A stretch of DNA of 61,726 nt from Desulfobacteraceae bacterium UBA2771. Its GTDB lineage: Bacteria > Desulfobacterota > Desulfobacteria > Desulfobacterales > Desulfosarcinaceae. The notes under the pieces are model-generated. The model had not been told where the DNA came from. It made no database searches and saw only the letters and a list, made by a program, of their open reading frames with translations. The DNA lies in NCBI GenBank assembly GCA_002352605.1, contig DEIP01000005.1, forward strand, positions 1 to 61,726, read 5' to 3'. The position numbers and the translations under genes are program-made. Of this stretch, positions 19,970-30,316 are shown in pieces. Numbering within the stretch: the stretch's first letter is position 1; the number at the start of each line of letters is the position of its first letter.

Positions 19970-20539
19970 ATGGTCCGTTCGGATGCCTCCAAAAAAGTCA
20001 GAAGTCGTCGCGGTTGGTGGTTCGGACTGTTCATTGGTGTGGTCTTGACGGTGGTAACGGTGTTGGCCTCGGGTTTCATGATCGAAACCACCAACACGGA
20101 TACCTTCTGTGTCACCTGCCATGCCATGAATCCGTTTCGAAGCGCCTGGCAGCAGGCGGTCCATGGCGGAAATAACCCGCAGGGGTTTGCCGCCCAGTGC
20201 GTGGATTGCCATCTGCCCCACGGGGACTTCATCGAGTATGTCACTGCCAAAGCGATTACCGGAACCAGCGATGTGTTCCAGAACCTGACCATGGATGTTA
20301 ATAAATTCGACTGGATGGCCAATTCGGAAAAGCGGCGGCTGAAGTTTACCTACGATTCTGCTTGCCGCCGTTGCCACCACCAGTTGGATGCGGCGCCGGG
20401 CATGCCCCGCGGCGGTTTTTTGGCTCATCGGGCATACCTGCGCGGCGATACAACAAAGAAATGTGCGGAATGTCACCCCCACGTAGGGCACAGGAATATG
20501 GCCGAGATGGTCCAACGCTATTTCAAGCAAAACACATGA
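19970..20539 (+). CDS. NapC/NirT (NrfH-like) membrane-anchored tetraheme cytochrome c
   Basis: N-terminal TM helix; TNTDTFCVTCH, CVDCHLPH, CRRCH, CAECHPHVGH; AAGGAG RBS. Confidence 0.92.
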   Translation: MVRSDASKKVRSRRGWWFGLFIGVVLTVVTVLASGFMIETTNTDTFCVTCHAMNPFRSAWQQAVHGGNNPQGFAAQCVDCHLPHGDFIEYVTAKAITGTSDVFQNLTMDVNKFDWMANSEKRRLKFTYDSACRRCHHQLDAAPGMPRGGFLAHRAYLRGDTTKKCAECHPHVGHRNMAEMVQRYFKQNT

Positions 20540-20602
20540 TTTTATAATAAAACGTTTCAGGCAAAATGAAATTCAATGCGTAACCGGTCAAAGGAGGAGG
20601 GT

Positions 20603-21985
20603 ATGAAACTGTCGGCAGGTAAAATCGGGATGTTGGTCATGGCCATGCTGCTGGTCTCAGCGGTTGCAACGGTCAGCGCTGAGGAATATCCCAATATTCC
20701 CAAAGAATTGGTGATCAAACGCGGGTTTACCAAGGAGGCGCTCAGTTGCATTAACTGCCATGCCACCAAGGTTCCCGGACACGTGGAAAGCTGGAAGGCC
20801 GGTCGTATGGCCCATGCGGGCGTCTCCTGCTACGATTGCCATGTGGTTGAAAAGTCATCGCCCATGGCCAGCCAGTGCGAGGGCACCAAGGGGACAAGCA
20901 CATTCATTTCTCCTATGGTGTCATCCAAAACCTGTTCGCGCTGCCATCCCCAGGAAGTAGAGCAGTTTTTGAAAAGCGGCCATGCCGAATTGGCCAGTGG
21001 GGCGGTGATGAGCCCCGAACGGGCCGGGCTCATCAAGCTGCAGTTCCACTATGAAGGCGCCGGATTCATGGACAACAAGCAGTACACCTGGAATGAGGGC
21101 ACCCCGGAAGGCGCCACCGGCATCGATCGCGCCGCCCGTTCCTCGGGATGCCAGATGTGTCACGGCACCACCGTCGAACTGGGACCGGATAACAAGCCCA
21201 TCAATGAAACCTGGCCGGGTGGGGTGGGTACCCGCTATCCGGACGGCAGCGTCGGCACCTGTACGGTGTGCCATGAGCGTCACACTTTTGCCAAGGCGGA
21301 TGCACGTAAGCCCGAGGCCTGCGGTGCCTGCCATTTGGGCCCCGACCATCCCAACATTGAAATCTATGATGAAAGCAAACACGGGCAGTTGTATCACACC
21401 CAGGGAGAGCACTGGAAATGGGATAGTCCGCCAGATGCCTGGGAGCCCGGGGACTACCAGGGACCCACCTGTGCTACCTGTCACATGAGCGGCATCGGTG
21501 ACCTGTCCACCACCCACAATGTTCAGGAACGGCTCAAGTGGGACCTGATGCACAAGAAATCGGTGGTGCGCTCCGGCAACCGCGGCGACGGGGTGACCGG
21601 CGAGCAGAAAATGAAAAAAGTGTGCGCCAACTGCCATGGCTCAACCCATATCAAATCCCAACGCGACACCCTGGACAACGCGGTGGGCCTGTACAACAAA
21701 TACTGGGCCGGTGCCGTGAAGATGAAGGCCGAGCTCAAAGAGAAGGGCCTTTTGGGTCCGGATCCGTGGAAGGACGGATTCCAGGAGTTGATGTACTACC
21801 TGTGGCATCACACCGGACGCCGGGCCCGCCAGGGAGCTGCCATGAATGCGCCGGATTACGCCCACTGGCATGGCTTCTTCCAGGTGTTCCAGGTTTATCA
21901 GGATATGGAGAACATCTACAACGCACGGCTCAAGAGCGGCAAGGTTGAAGAAGTCAGCACCGTGGTGAGTACAGGGCCCTTATAA
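20603..21985 (+). CDS. Octaheme cytochrome c of the hydroxylamine oxidoreductase family (epsilon-Hao-like, reductive type)
   Basis: Signal peptide; eight CxxCH (CINCH, CYDCH, CSRCH, CQMCH, CTVCH, CGACH, CATCH, CANCH); [30 protein letters not shown]. Confidence 0.88.
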   Translation: MKLSAGKIGMLVMAMLLVSAVATVSAEEYPNIPKELVIKRGFTKEALSCINCHATKVPGHVESWKAGRMAHAGVSCYDCHVVEKSSPMASQCEGTKGTSTFISPMVSSKTCSRCHPQEVEQFLKSGHAELASGAVMSPERAGLIKLQFHYEGAGFMDNKQYTWNEGTPEGATGIDRAARSSGCQMCHGTTVELGPDNKPINETWPGGVGTRYPDGSVGTCTVCHERHTFAKADARKPEACGACHLGPDHPNIEIYDESKHGQLYHTQGEHWKWDSPPDAWEPGDYQGPTCATCHMSGIGDLSTTHNVQERLKWDLMHKKSVVRSGNRGDGVTGEQKMKKVCANCHGSTHIKSQRDTLDNAVGLYNKYWAGAVKMKAELKEKGLLGPDPWKDGFQELMYYLWHHTGRRARQGAAMNAPDYAHWHGFFQVFQVYQDMENIYNARLKSGKVEEVSTVVSTGPL

Positions 21986-22046
21986 CCAACGCAGCAAGAT
22001 GTCCTCGGTCAGTGTTGCACGAGGACCGACGCACCACCCTCCATCC

Positions 22047-22078
22047 TCAAAAATCCCCGCTTCGGCGGGGATTTTTGA
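22047..22078. terminator. Intrinsic terminator
   Basis: TCAAAAATCCCCGC-TTCG-GCGGGGATTTTTGA, perfect 14-bp stem. Confidence 0.9.
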
Positions 22079-22407
22079 TTTAGGTCAACGTGTTTGCCTA
22101 AAAAAGGCGCTACTTTTTTCCGGGCAATTATAACCGGTCTCGAGGCCGGTCCCTTTTTTCCTGATGGTTGAAAAGATTATCCCGATCCTGAAATAGCGCT
22201 TTTTTAAGGACCTGGTTTCTGTTGTAATAACATTCTAATGGGATCTGTCGTCTTGTAACAGCGCCATATGTTGTTACTATATGAGATCTGTCCGGCAGAC
22301 AGCGACGGTTGAACTGTCGTTCATGTGGATTCAGCAAGCGGCGCGGACCCGTTCGAATACGGACCCAGCAAGACCGCTGCCATATAGCCTATCAAAAGGA
22401 GTTGTTT

Positions 22408-23829
22408 TTGAAGAACGCGAACCCCCTGTGGAAATTCTTCTGTTCCGTGAAGCTGACCATCGTGCTGCTGCTTTCGCTGGCGCTCACATCCATCATCGGT
22501 ACCGTGATTCCCCAAAACCAAAGCCCGGATTCCTACCTGCATGCTTTCGGCGCTTTTCGATACCAGTTTCTCAGCGTTCTCGGTATTATGGACATGTATC
22601 ATTCCTGGTGGTTTCAGGGCCTGTTGTTGCTCTTGACCCTCAATATCGTGGTCTGTTCCATAGATCGTCTCAGCAGCAGTTGGAAACTGATTTTCACCCG
22701 GAACCCGAAGGTTCGCCCCGAACGGTACAGCAAGCGGTCCGATGCCCGCACGTTTACCGATAAACGAAGGGTTGAGGAACTGGTCTCGGCCTATGAACCG
22801 CTGCTTGCCCGCCGATACGGGTATTGTAAGGTCACCCGGTCGGATGATGTGTCGGTAATTTATGGAGAAAAGGGCCGATTGTCCCGCCTGGGTGTTTATA
22901 TTGTTCACCTGAGCGTGGTATTATTGCTTATCGGCGGATTGGCGGGTTCATTTTTCGGTTTCGAAGGATTCGTCAATATCGCCGAAGGGGAAGCCGTGGA
23001 TACCATCCGTATCCGTAATACCGGTCAGATCCATCGCTTGGATTTTCAGATCCGGTGCGACGACTTCAACTTGTCATTTTATGATACCGGGGCACCCAAG
23101 GAATACCGCTCCGCCCTGTCAATAATTGATGGGGGAAAAACGGTGAAACAGAAAGACATCATTGTTAATGATCCCCTGCGCTACCGGGGAATCAATATAT
23201 TTCAGTCCAGTTACGGCAAACTTCCACCCGAAAAAATGTCCCGGCAGGATATGCCGATGATTGGGCCGGCGGAGGAATATACCCTCAAATTTACCAGCAC
23301 CTCCTCGGGTATGGGTTACACCATAACCGCCAAGGTGGGTGTCCCTGTGGATATCCCCGAGGGTCTGGGCACATTTGCCGTTATGGCTCACGAGGCTGAT
23401 GCCAAGTTTCGCGGGATGGATGTCGGGGCTGCTTTAAAGGGAATTCTTACCCCGGTTGAAGGTGAACCTGTGGAAATACTGCTCCCTTTGAAGTTTGCCA
23501 ACTTCGACAAAATGCGCGGCGGCAATGTGATGATCGCTGTGGCCGATCAGCCGCGGGAGGGATTTTCGTTCCGGCAGACCGCCGAGGAGCGCTACTACAC
23601 CGGCCTCCAGGTGACCAATGATCCTGGGGTATGGCTGGTCTATACCGGGTTTGTCCTGATGATCACCGGTTGCTTCGTGACCTTTTACCTGTCCCACCGG
23701 CAGGTGTGTATCGTCATCGAACAGCTTCGCAAAAACAGCCGGGTGACGGTTGCCGGTATTGCCGATCGAAACAAATTGGCCATGAAGAATATCACCGAGA
23801 AGCTTTTTACGGTCATGACCGACAGTTAA
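22408..23829 (+). CDS. resB: Cytochrome c biogenesis system II protein ResB (Ccs1-type)
   Basis: FCSVKLTIVLL..SIIGTVIPQ, MYHSWWF, VYIVHLS, VNDPLRYRG..FQSSY, TGLQVTNDPG; TTG start after AAGGAG. Confidence 0.9.
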   Translation: MKNANPLWKFFCSVKLTIVLLLSLALTSIIGTVIPQNQSPDSYLHAFGAFRYQFLSVLGIMDMYHSWWFQGLLLLLTLNIVVCSIDRLSSSWKLIFTRNPKVRPERYSKRSDARTFTDKRRVEELVSAYEPLLARRYGYCKVTRSDDVSVIYGEKGRLSRLGVYIVHLSVVLLLIGGLAGSFFGFEGFVNIAEGEAVDTIRIRNTGQIHRLDFQIRCDDFNLSFYDTGAPKEYRSALSIIDGGKTVKQKDIIVNDPLRYRGINIFQSSYGKLPPEKMSRQDMPMIGPAEEYTLKFTSTSSGMGYTITAKVGVPVDIPEGLGTFAVMAHEADAKFRGMDVGAALKGILTPVEGEPVEILLPLKFANFDKMRGGNVMIAVADQPREGFSFRQTAEERYYTGLQVTNDPGVWLVYTGFVLMITGCFVTFYLSHRQVCIVIEQLRKNSRVTVAGIADRNKLAMKNITEKLFTVMTDS

Positions 23830-23871
23830 CCCCAATGGCCCCTTGACTGAAAAAGGAGTTTAACATTGCCC

Positions 23872-24711
23872 ATGAGCAGTTCACAACTACTCTCCATATC
23901 AACTTTTGTTTTTGCACTGGCCGCGTTTTTTTATATGGCCGCGCTGATTTTTAAAAAGCCTCAATTGACGCTGCCGGCGCGCTGGATTGTGGCGGCGGCG
24001 GTGGTGGTCACCACGGCGGGTCTCCTGCTGCGCTGGGTGGAGTCCTACCAGATGGGAATCGGGCATGCCCCGTTGTCCAACCTTTACGAATCCCTGGTTT
24101 TCTTTGCCTGGACCGCAGGGGTGCTTTATCTCTTCGTGGAGTTTAAATACAAGAAGCCCCTGATTGGCGCCTTTGTCACGCCCATCGCCTTTCTGGCCAT
24201 GGCCTACGCTTCCCTGTCTCCCAATATCAGTGACCGCATCCAGCCCCTGGTGCCGGCGCTGAAAAGCAACTGGCTCATTGCTCATGTGGCTACCTGCTTT
24301 TTCGGCTATGCCGCATTTGCCATCGCCTTCGGGATGAGTAGCATGTACCTGATCAAGGCCCGAAACCCGGAAAAAAGCGATGGAATCATGGGACATATAC
24401 CCAAACTGGATGTCCTGGATGAACTCACCCACCAGATGGTGCTGTTTGGCTTCCTCTTTCTCACCGCCGGGATTATCACCGGTGCGGTGTGGGCCAACTC
24501 GGCCTGGGGCAGCTATTGGTCCTGGGACCCCAAGGAGACCTGGTCCCTGATTACCTGGTTTGTCTATGCCGCCATGCTGCACGCCCGCCTCATGCGAGGC
24601 TGGCAGGGGAAGCAGGTCGCTTACCTGTCCGTCCTCGGTTTTGCGGCAGTGATCTTTACCTATTTCGGCGTCAACCTGCTGCCGGGGTTGCACAGTTATG
24701 GAAAAGTATAG
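23872..24711 (+). CDS. ccsA: Cytochrome c biogenesis system II protein CcsA/ResC
   Basis: [27 protein letters not shown] motif [18 protein letters not shown]. Confidence 0.93.
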   Translation: MSSSQLLSISTFVFALAAFFYMAALIFKKPQLTLPARWIVAAAVVVTTAGLLLRWVESYQMGIGHAPLSNLYESLVFFAWTAGVLYLFVEFKYKKPLIGAFVTPIAFLAMAYASLSPNISDRIQPLVPALKSNWLIAHVATCFFGYAAFAIAFGMSSMYLIKARNPEKSDGIMGHIPKLDVLDELTHQMVLFGFLFLTAGIITGAVWANSAWGSYWSWDPKETWSLITWFVYAAMLHARLMRGWQGKQVAYLSVLGFAAVIFTYFGVNLLPGLHSYGKV

Positions 24712-24714
24712 TGA

Positions 24715-24858
24715 GCACCAATCTGGAAATGGCATTTTTCGGCCCAGGCCGGTGATCTCACGTTTTTGTAATCCTCGACGTAGCGCCGCTACGCCTGCGG
24801 TTTCAAAAAACGCGGCGGCCTTGGCCTGAGCTACAATCTACCCATTCAGGATGGACAC
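24715..24858. repeat. Degenerate palindromic MITE/REP-like intergenic element
   Basis: Long imperfect internal hairpin centred on CGTAGCG-C-CGCTACG; right end ..GGATGGACAC resembles the end of the 30149-30316 element. Confidence 0.55.
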
Positions 24859-24882
24859 GACTGAGAAGGGGACGGCATCGAT

Positions 24883-25341
24883 ATGGCTATAGAGATGGAC
24901 GACTTGGATAAAGCGATTCTCAATCGTATTCAGACACGATTTCCATTGACCCCCAAGCCCTTCGGATTCATTGCCCGGGCGTTGGGTACAACCGAGGCTG
25001 AGGTGTTGCTGCGGGTGTCCCGGCTTAAAGAAGACGGCATTATCCGGCGGATCGGCGGAAATTTTGTTCCGAGCAAGGTGGGATTTGTGAGCACCCTGTG
25101 CACGGCCCAGGTGCCCGAGGAGAAGGTGGATCTGTTTGCCCGGACGGTGAACGCCTTTCCCGGTGTGACCCACAATTACCTGCGGGAAAATTCATTCAAC
25201 GTATGGTTTACTTTTATCGCGCCTTCCATGGCGCAGATCGGGGACCATCTGACCCGGATCTCTGAAAAAACAGGCGTCAAGCGGATCCTTAACTTGCCCG
25301 CCACCCATCTCTTTAAGATCAGGGCGAAGTTTGATCTGTAG
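24883..25341 (+). CDS. ahbA: Siroheme decarboxylase alpha subunit (Lrp/AsnC fold)
   Basis: LDKAILNRIQTRFPL..PF, GIIRRIGGNF, STLC, PGVTHNYLR..NVWFT. Confidence 0.82.
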   Translation: MAIEMDDLDKAILNRIQTRFPLTPKPFGFIARALGTTEAEVLLRVSRLKEDGIIRRIGGNFVPSKVGFVSTLCTAQVPEEKVDLFARTVNAFPGVTHNYLRENSFNVWFTFIAPSMAQIGDHLTRISEKTGVKRILNLPATHLFKIRAKFDL

Positions 25342-25393
25342 CCATGTCCATCATGCTGCGATGGTGAGAATATCGAGATTATTTCCAGGGCCC

Positions 25394-25807
25394 TTATGCC
25401 GAGGGGGAATTGACATTGATAATCCCCTCTATTGTGGTGGAAAGATCGGCAATCTGGTAGGGCTTCTGGATGACGGAAGTGGGCGGCATGTCGCCGAATT
25501 GATCGAGCACCTGGTCGATGGAAAGGCCACTGGCAATGATGATCGGCAGTTCGGAACTCAGTGCGCGGAACTGTCTGAAGGCCGCTTTGCCGTCCATGCC
25601 GGGCATGGACAGGTCCAGCACGACACAGCCGATGGAATCCCGATGCTGACCGAATTGACTTAGTGCATCCTCACCGCTTTCGGCGATGATGACGTCATGT
25701 CCCAGTCGCTGAAGGATTGCTTTTCCCACCTCCAGCACCATTTTTTCATCGTCTACCAGGAGCACCGTACGGCCTTGCATCGAATCGCCATGGGTATCGT
25801 TATTCAT
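25394..25807 (-). CDS. Single-domain response regulator (receiver)
   Basis: VLLVDDE, LDLSMPGMDG, IIIASG, IQKPY. Confidence 0.88.
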   Translation of the reverse strand: MNNDTHGDSMQGRTVLLVDDEKMVLEVGKAILQRLGHDVIIAESGEDALSQFGQHRDSIGCVVLDLSMPGMDGKAAFRQFRALSSELPIIIASGLSIDQVLDQFGDMPPTSVIQKPYQIADLSTTIEGIINVNSPSA

Positions 25808-26115
25808 TGCGGCATCCTCATTTTGGTTTTTCAACACCCTGAAAGGGTTGGTTGATGGTAAGCTATCGACGAGTCAGGCTTCATTGGTTCCTTTCTGAAA
25901 ACCATTATCGACTTAATAGTTTAAAAATCAAAGGATTTCAAACCAAAATTTTTCTATGCGGCTACCGGGGAGAAGGGGGCCCCTCTCTTATCGCTTGATT
26001 TATCAGGAATCAGGAAGAGCAGGATTCTATCGATACGAACGGTGGTGGCAAGATCATCACGTGCACCGGGTCGATGACTCCCGGCGCACGGTTTGTACAA
26101 TGAGGGTCGATATTT

Positions 26116-26601
26116 TTATTCGTTGCGGCAGTTGCCCATACCGTGGCCCATGCCCCGGCCTTTCATCATAAACCCTCTGCCGACATCGGGATGGATCTTT
26201 CGCATGGCCATGATGTGGCTCAGGCGTTTCTGGTCCAGACGCCCCTGCAGTTCAGTGACCGCCGTCTGCAAGGTTGAGGCTTTTTTCAGATCCGGCTCGT
26301 TTTTGGCCATTTCGGCTCTCATTTCCAATTGTTTGGCATAAAGATCCTGCCGCTCCCTTTTGGTAGCGTCAAAAAAAGCCTGGCGTTCGGATTCCATCTG
26401 CTCGCGCTGCTCCGGTGTGAGGTCCGCCATCATTTGGCCATAGCCGCAGCCTCCCCGGCGGTGATGGTTGCCGTGGCCCCCATATCCCCGATCATCGTCC
26501 TGGTTTCCCATCCCTTTGCCCGCAAAGGCGACGGCCCCCACGGCGATGACGGCGACGGCGACCAGACCGACAATCACGGTTTTCATGGTGTTGCTTTTCA
26601 T
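26116..26601 (-). CDS. Periplasmic ZraP/Spy/CpxP family protein
   Basis: Signal peptide, Gly/His-rich stretch, LTPEQ motif; divergent from zraSR-like genes. Confidence 0.8.
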   Translation of the reverse strand: MKSNTMKTVIVGLVAVAVIAVGAVAFAGKGMGNQDDDRGYGGHGNHHRRGGCGYGQMMADLTPEQREQMESERQAFFDATKRERQDLYAKQLEMRAEMAKNEPDLKKASTLQTAVTELQGRLDQKRLSHIMAMRKIHPDVGRGFMMKGRGMGHGMGNCRNE

Positions 26602-26679
26602 GATGAATTCCTTTCTCGTTTAAGATAATGTTGGGTTTGCCCGAGAGACACCTGTTTTTCGTTTTCGACAAACCACATG

Positions 26680-26696
26680 AGCAAGGCGGATGCCAA
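26680..26696 (-). promoter_or_regulatory. Sigma54 promoter for the zraP-like gene
   Basis: Minus strand TTGGCATCCGCCTTGCT (GG-N10-GC). Confidence 0.8.
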
Positions 26697-26805
26697 ATCA
26701 ATTTGATTTTTGGCTTGAAAAGTCCTAACTTTCCAAATCTAATAATTAAAATTATATTTTCAATGTTTTAACGTGTCGCTGACCGGGATCGATCCTCGGA
26801 TAGGG

Positions 26806-26855
26806 CGGGTAGAAAATAACCAACCCGGATTGCCGATCCGGGTAAAAAGGTTCCG
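26806..26855. promoter_or_regulatory. Candidate tandem activator (ZraR-like) binding sites
   Basis: CGGGTAGAAAATAACCA (26806) and CGGGTAAAAAGGTTCCG (26839), 33 bp apart, ~110-160 bp upstream of the sigma54 promoter. Confidence 0.45.
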
Positions 26856-26972
26856 GTTCTCTTTGACGGATTCCGAATCCATGGGATGAGAAAACATTTG
26901 CACGGAACGGCATCCAAATTTCAATTCAAGATTAAGATGCTATTCGGCAGTCTCGTTGTGCCGATGATCGGG

Positions 26973-28706
26973 ATGATGATGGACAAACAGAAATATCGCC
27001 TATTGCTTTCGGGGTTTTCGCCATGGATCATCCTCGGTGCCGTTGCGGTCATGCTACCGATGGTGGCCTTGATGACCATGGAGAACATCAACCGCCAGAA
27101 GCAGCAGAGCATTCGCCTGATGATGGAAAAGGGTGCCGCCCTGATTCGATCTTTTGAAGCCGGAACGCGAATGGGCATGCGCGGGGGGCATGGCAGCGGA
27201 TTCAAACTGCAGCGATTGTTGTTCGAAACCGCCGCCCAGCCGGACATTGCCCACCTGCTGGTGGTGCGCACCGACGGCACGGTGATTGCTCACAGCCAGA
27301 TGGACCAAGTGGGTTCCGATTATGGCAAGGAGCTGGATCTTGAAACCGTTTATCTGTCCGGCAACTTGGCATGGCGTCGGATGACGTCTTTAACCGGTGA
27401 GGCAATTTTCGAGATCTTCGGTAAATTCGCCCCATTGGCCAAAGGACCGAATCGCACCATGCACGGCCACATGATGCGCTTGCCGCTTCCGGAACACGCG
27501 CCCCCGCCCATGGTGATTTTTGTGGGATTTCGAACCGATACTGTTGATGCGGCCCATCGTGCCGATGTGCGGCATACCGTGGTAATGGCCGTGGTCCTGC
27601 TTCTGGTGGGGTGCGCCGGTGTACTGCTGCTTTTCCTGGCCCAGAACTACCGGGCCACCCGCACCTCCCTGGTGCGGGAAAAGGCCTTTTCCGACAACCT
27701 GGTGTCACGTATTCCTATCGGTTTGGTGGCCTTGGACCGCGCCGGTCGCGTGACCGCCCTGAATTCCGTTGCCGAAAACACTCTGGCGATCAGGGCCGCC
27801 GGTGCGATCGGCCGGCAAGCCAAAGACGTGATTCCGGCTATATTGGTGGACACGTTGGCTGATGCCAACCCTCTAGTGGAAAAGGAAGTGCTTTGTCCGG
27901 TCGACACGGACCGCCCCACTCCCATGGACGTGAGTGCCGCCACCCTGACAGACGAAAACGGTGAAGGTTTCGGTCAGGTGATCCTGTTCAAGGATCTCAC
28001 CGAAATTCGTACTCTTCGCCAGGAGCTGGAAAAGAACCGGCGCCTGGCGTCGGTGGGGCGCCTGGCCGCCGGTCTGGCCCACGAGATCCGCAATCCCTTG
28101 AGTTCGATCAAGGGCTTTGCCACCTATTTCAAGGAAAAATACCGCGAGATCGACAAGGATCAGGAGATCGCCACCATCATGATCCAGGAAGTGGACCGGC
28201 TCGACCGCGTGGTCGGTCAGCTGCTGGAATTTTCGCGTCCCATCCGGCTCCATTTTCAACTGGTGGCCTTGAAGCCGTTTTTCCAGGACGCCTTCCGGCT
28301 GGTGAACCGCCAGAGCAATGAATCCGGTGTCAGGATGGCACTGGATCTACCGGATGAAAACCTCGCCGTGCTGATGGACGCCGACAAGATGCGCCAGGTG
28401 GTGCTCAACCTTTTGCTCAACGCCCTGGATGCCATGAAGGCCGGGGGGCGACTGGTGGTCCGGGTGTCCAGAGACGGGAACGGCAGCATTCTTATCCAGA
28501 TGATCGACAGTGGTGCGGGTATCGATCCCAAGGATCAGCCCCACATTTTCGAGCCCTATTTTTCCATAAAACCGACCGGTACCGGACTAGGGCTTGCCAT
28601 CGTTCACAACATCATCAAAGCCCACCGGGGCAATATTCTGGTGAACAGTCGGCCCGGTCGGGGCACCACGGTTCAGATCACTCTACCGGCGGGAAAGGAG
28701 ACCTGA
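26973..28706 (+). CDS. Sensor histidine kinase, ZraS/HydH-like (2 TM, PAS, HisKA, HATPase)
   Basis: EKGAALIRSFEAGTRMGM, LAHEIRNPLSSIKGFA, NLLLNA, DSGAGI, GTGLGL; start uncertain (26886-26979). Confidence 0.88.
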   Translation: MMMDKQKYRLLLSGFSPWIILGAVAVMLPMVALMTMENINRQKQQSIRLMMEKGAALIRSFEAGTRMGMRGGHGSGFKLQRLLFETAAQPDIAHLLVVRTDGTVIAHSQMDQVGSDYGKELDLETVYLSGNLAWRRMTSLTGEAIFEIFGKFAPLAKGPNRTMHGHMMRLPLPEHAPPPMVIFVGFRTDTVDAAHRADVRHTVVMAVVLLLVGCAGVLLLFLAQNYRATRTSLVREKAFSDNLVSRIPIGLVALDRAGRVTALNSVAENTLAIRAAGAIGRQAKDVIPAILVDTLADANPLVEKEVLCPVDTDRPTPMDVSAATLTDENGEGFGQVILFKDLTEIRTLRQELEKNRRLASVGRLAAGLAHEIRNPLSSIKGFATYFKEKYREIDKDQEIATIMIQEVDRLDRVVGQLLEFSRPIRLHFQLVALKPFFQDAFRLVNRQSNESGVRMALDLPDENLAVLMDADKMRQVVLNLLLNALDAMKAGGRLVVRVSRDGNGSILIQMIDSGAGIDPKDQPHIFEPYFSIKPTGTGLGLAIVHNIIKAHRGNILVNSRPGRGTTVQITLPAGKET

Positions 28707-30076
28707 TGGTCGGCAAATATCGGGTGCTGGTCGTGGATGACGATGCGGCTCATCGCACCATGTTGCGCACCCTGGTGAGTGGATGGGGGTTCGATATCGT
28801 GGATGCGGACGACGGTGAGGTTGCCATCGCCGCCGTCCAGGCCCAGCCTGTGGACCTGGTACTGATGGATATCCGCATGGTCCGTGTCTCCGGCATAGCG
28901 GCGCTGGAACAGATCAAAACCATCAACCCAGCCATTCCCATTGTGCTGATGACCGCATACGCATCCGTGGAGATGGCGGTAGATGCGCTCAAAAAGGGCG
29001 CCTACGACTATCTGATCAAGCCGCTGGATTTCGATAAACTACGGCTGACCCTGGAACGGGCCCTGGCGCACATCCGTCTCAAAGCGGAGAACCAACCGCT
29101 CAAACGGCAGCTGGAAAGCGGTTTTCAGTCCCCGGGCATTGTCGGCAGCAGTCCGGCCATGGTTGCCCTGATGGAGACGGTGGCCCAGGTGGCCGTCTCC
29201 GAGGCCACGGTAATGGTCACCGGCGAATCGGGGACGGGCAAGGAGTTGGTTGCCGCGGCCATTCACCTCAACAGCCCGAGAAGGGCCGGTCCGTTTGTTA
29301 AGGTTAACTGCGCCGCCATCACCGAGAGCTTGCTGGAATCGGAGCTCTTCGGCCATGAAAAGGGTGCCTTCACCGGTGCAGACCGCCGCAAGGAGGGACG
29401 CTTTGTCCAAGCTGACGGGGGTAGCCTGTTCCTGGACGAAGTGGGGGAGATGCCCGTTTCCATGCAGGTAAAGCTGCTGCGCGTGATTCAGGAGCGGGAG
29501 CTGACCCGGGTGGGCGGCGAGCAGGTGATACCCGTGGATGTTCGGTTCATCGTGGCTACCAATCAGGACCTGGCGCAGATGATTAAGACCGGCGCCTTCA
29601 GGGAGGACCTCTACTATCGGTTGAATGTGGTGGAGCTGAAAACACCGCCATTGCGGGAGCGTCGGGCGGACATCCCCTTGTTGGCCACCCATTTTCTGGT
29701 CCGGTTTGCCGAAAAAAACCGCAAGGCGGTGGAACGGTTCTCCCCCCGGGCCATGGATCTTTTGATCCGCCACCCGTGGCCGGGAAATGTGCGTGAATTG
29801 ATGAATACCATCGAACGGGCCGTAGTGCTGAGCCTGAGCGACTGCCTGGACGAAAATGATTTTACATCCCTGGCCGGCGGTCTGCCGGAGACCGATAACC
29901 CCCCGGATGGTGATCTATTCTCCGCCGATGTGCCCCTGGAGCAGATCGAACAAAAAGCCATCATCAAAACCCTCGCATCGGCCGGCGGCAATAAAAGCGA
30001 AGCGGCCAGGCGGCTGGGAATTACCCGCAAAACCCTGAGGGAGAAGCTCAAGAGATACAACCTGATGGATTTGTAA
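28706..30076 (+). CDS. Sigma54-dependent response regulator, ZraR/HydG-like
   Basis: REC (VVDDD, MDIRM); GESGTGKE, GAFTGA, WPGNVREL, Fis HTH. Confidence 0.92.
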   Translation: MVGKYRVLVVDDDAAHRTMLRTLVSGWGFDIVDADDGEVAIAAVQAQPVDLVLMDIRMVRVSGIAALEQIKTINPAIPIVLMTAYASVEMAVDALKKGAYDYLIKPLDFDKLRLTLERALAHIRLKAENQPLKRQLESGFQSPGIVGSSPAMVALMETVAQVAVSEATVMVTGESGTGKELVAAAIHLNSPRRAGPFVKVNCAAITESLLESELFGHEKGAFTGADRRKEGRFVQADGGSLFLDEVGEMPVSMQVKLLRVIQERELTRVGGEQVIPVDVRFIVATNQDLAQMIKTGAFREDLYYRLNVVELKTPPLRERRADIPLLATHFLVRFAEKNRKAVERFSPRAMDLLIRHPWPGNVRELMNTIERAVVLSLSDCLDENDFTSLAGGLPETDNPPDGDLFSADVPLEQIEQKAIIKTLASAGGNKSEAARRLGITRKTLREKLKRYNLMDL

Positions 30077-30080
30077 AAAT

Positions 30081-30107
30081 TAAAGTCAGCCCCTCGTCTG
30101 CCGATAT
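30081..30107 (+). promoter_or_regulatory. Sigma28 (FliA) promoter upstream of the Hpt gene
   Basis: TAAA-N15-GCCGATAT (TAAAGTCA-N11-GCCGATAT). Confidence 0.7.
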
Positions 30108-30148
30108 AGGTGCCAACAATGCGCAGATTCTTCAGCCGATTTTAACTA

Positions 30149-30316
30149 GTGCCCGTCCAGAAATGAGGGATTTTGGTCGAGATCAAGGCGTGCGAAAAAT
30201 TTTATCGCAGGCGCCCCGCAGGAAGTTCCCTTGGGGTGCATATAGTTGATATTCTGAGGATAAAATTTTGAGCGCAACACAGATATCGGGCAAAAGAAAC
30301 ATTTATGGATGGGCGC
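30149..30316. mobile_element. Non-autonomous MITE (168 bp)
   Basis: Imperfect TIRs GTGCCCGTCCAGAAATG / CATTTATGGATGGGCGC; TAACTA direct repeat on both flanks (30143-30148, 30317-30322); internal 11-bp inverted repeat. Confidence 0.75.

Noticed and set aside
24883-25341. Lrp/AsnC transcription regulator call
   Set aside because: Motifs (FPL..PF, VTHNYLR, VWFT) and heme-biogenesis context fit AhbA better.
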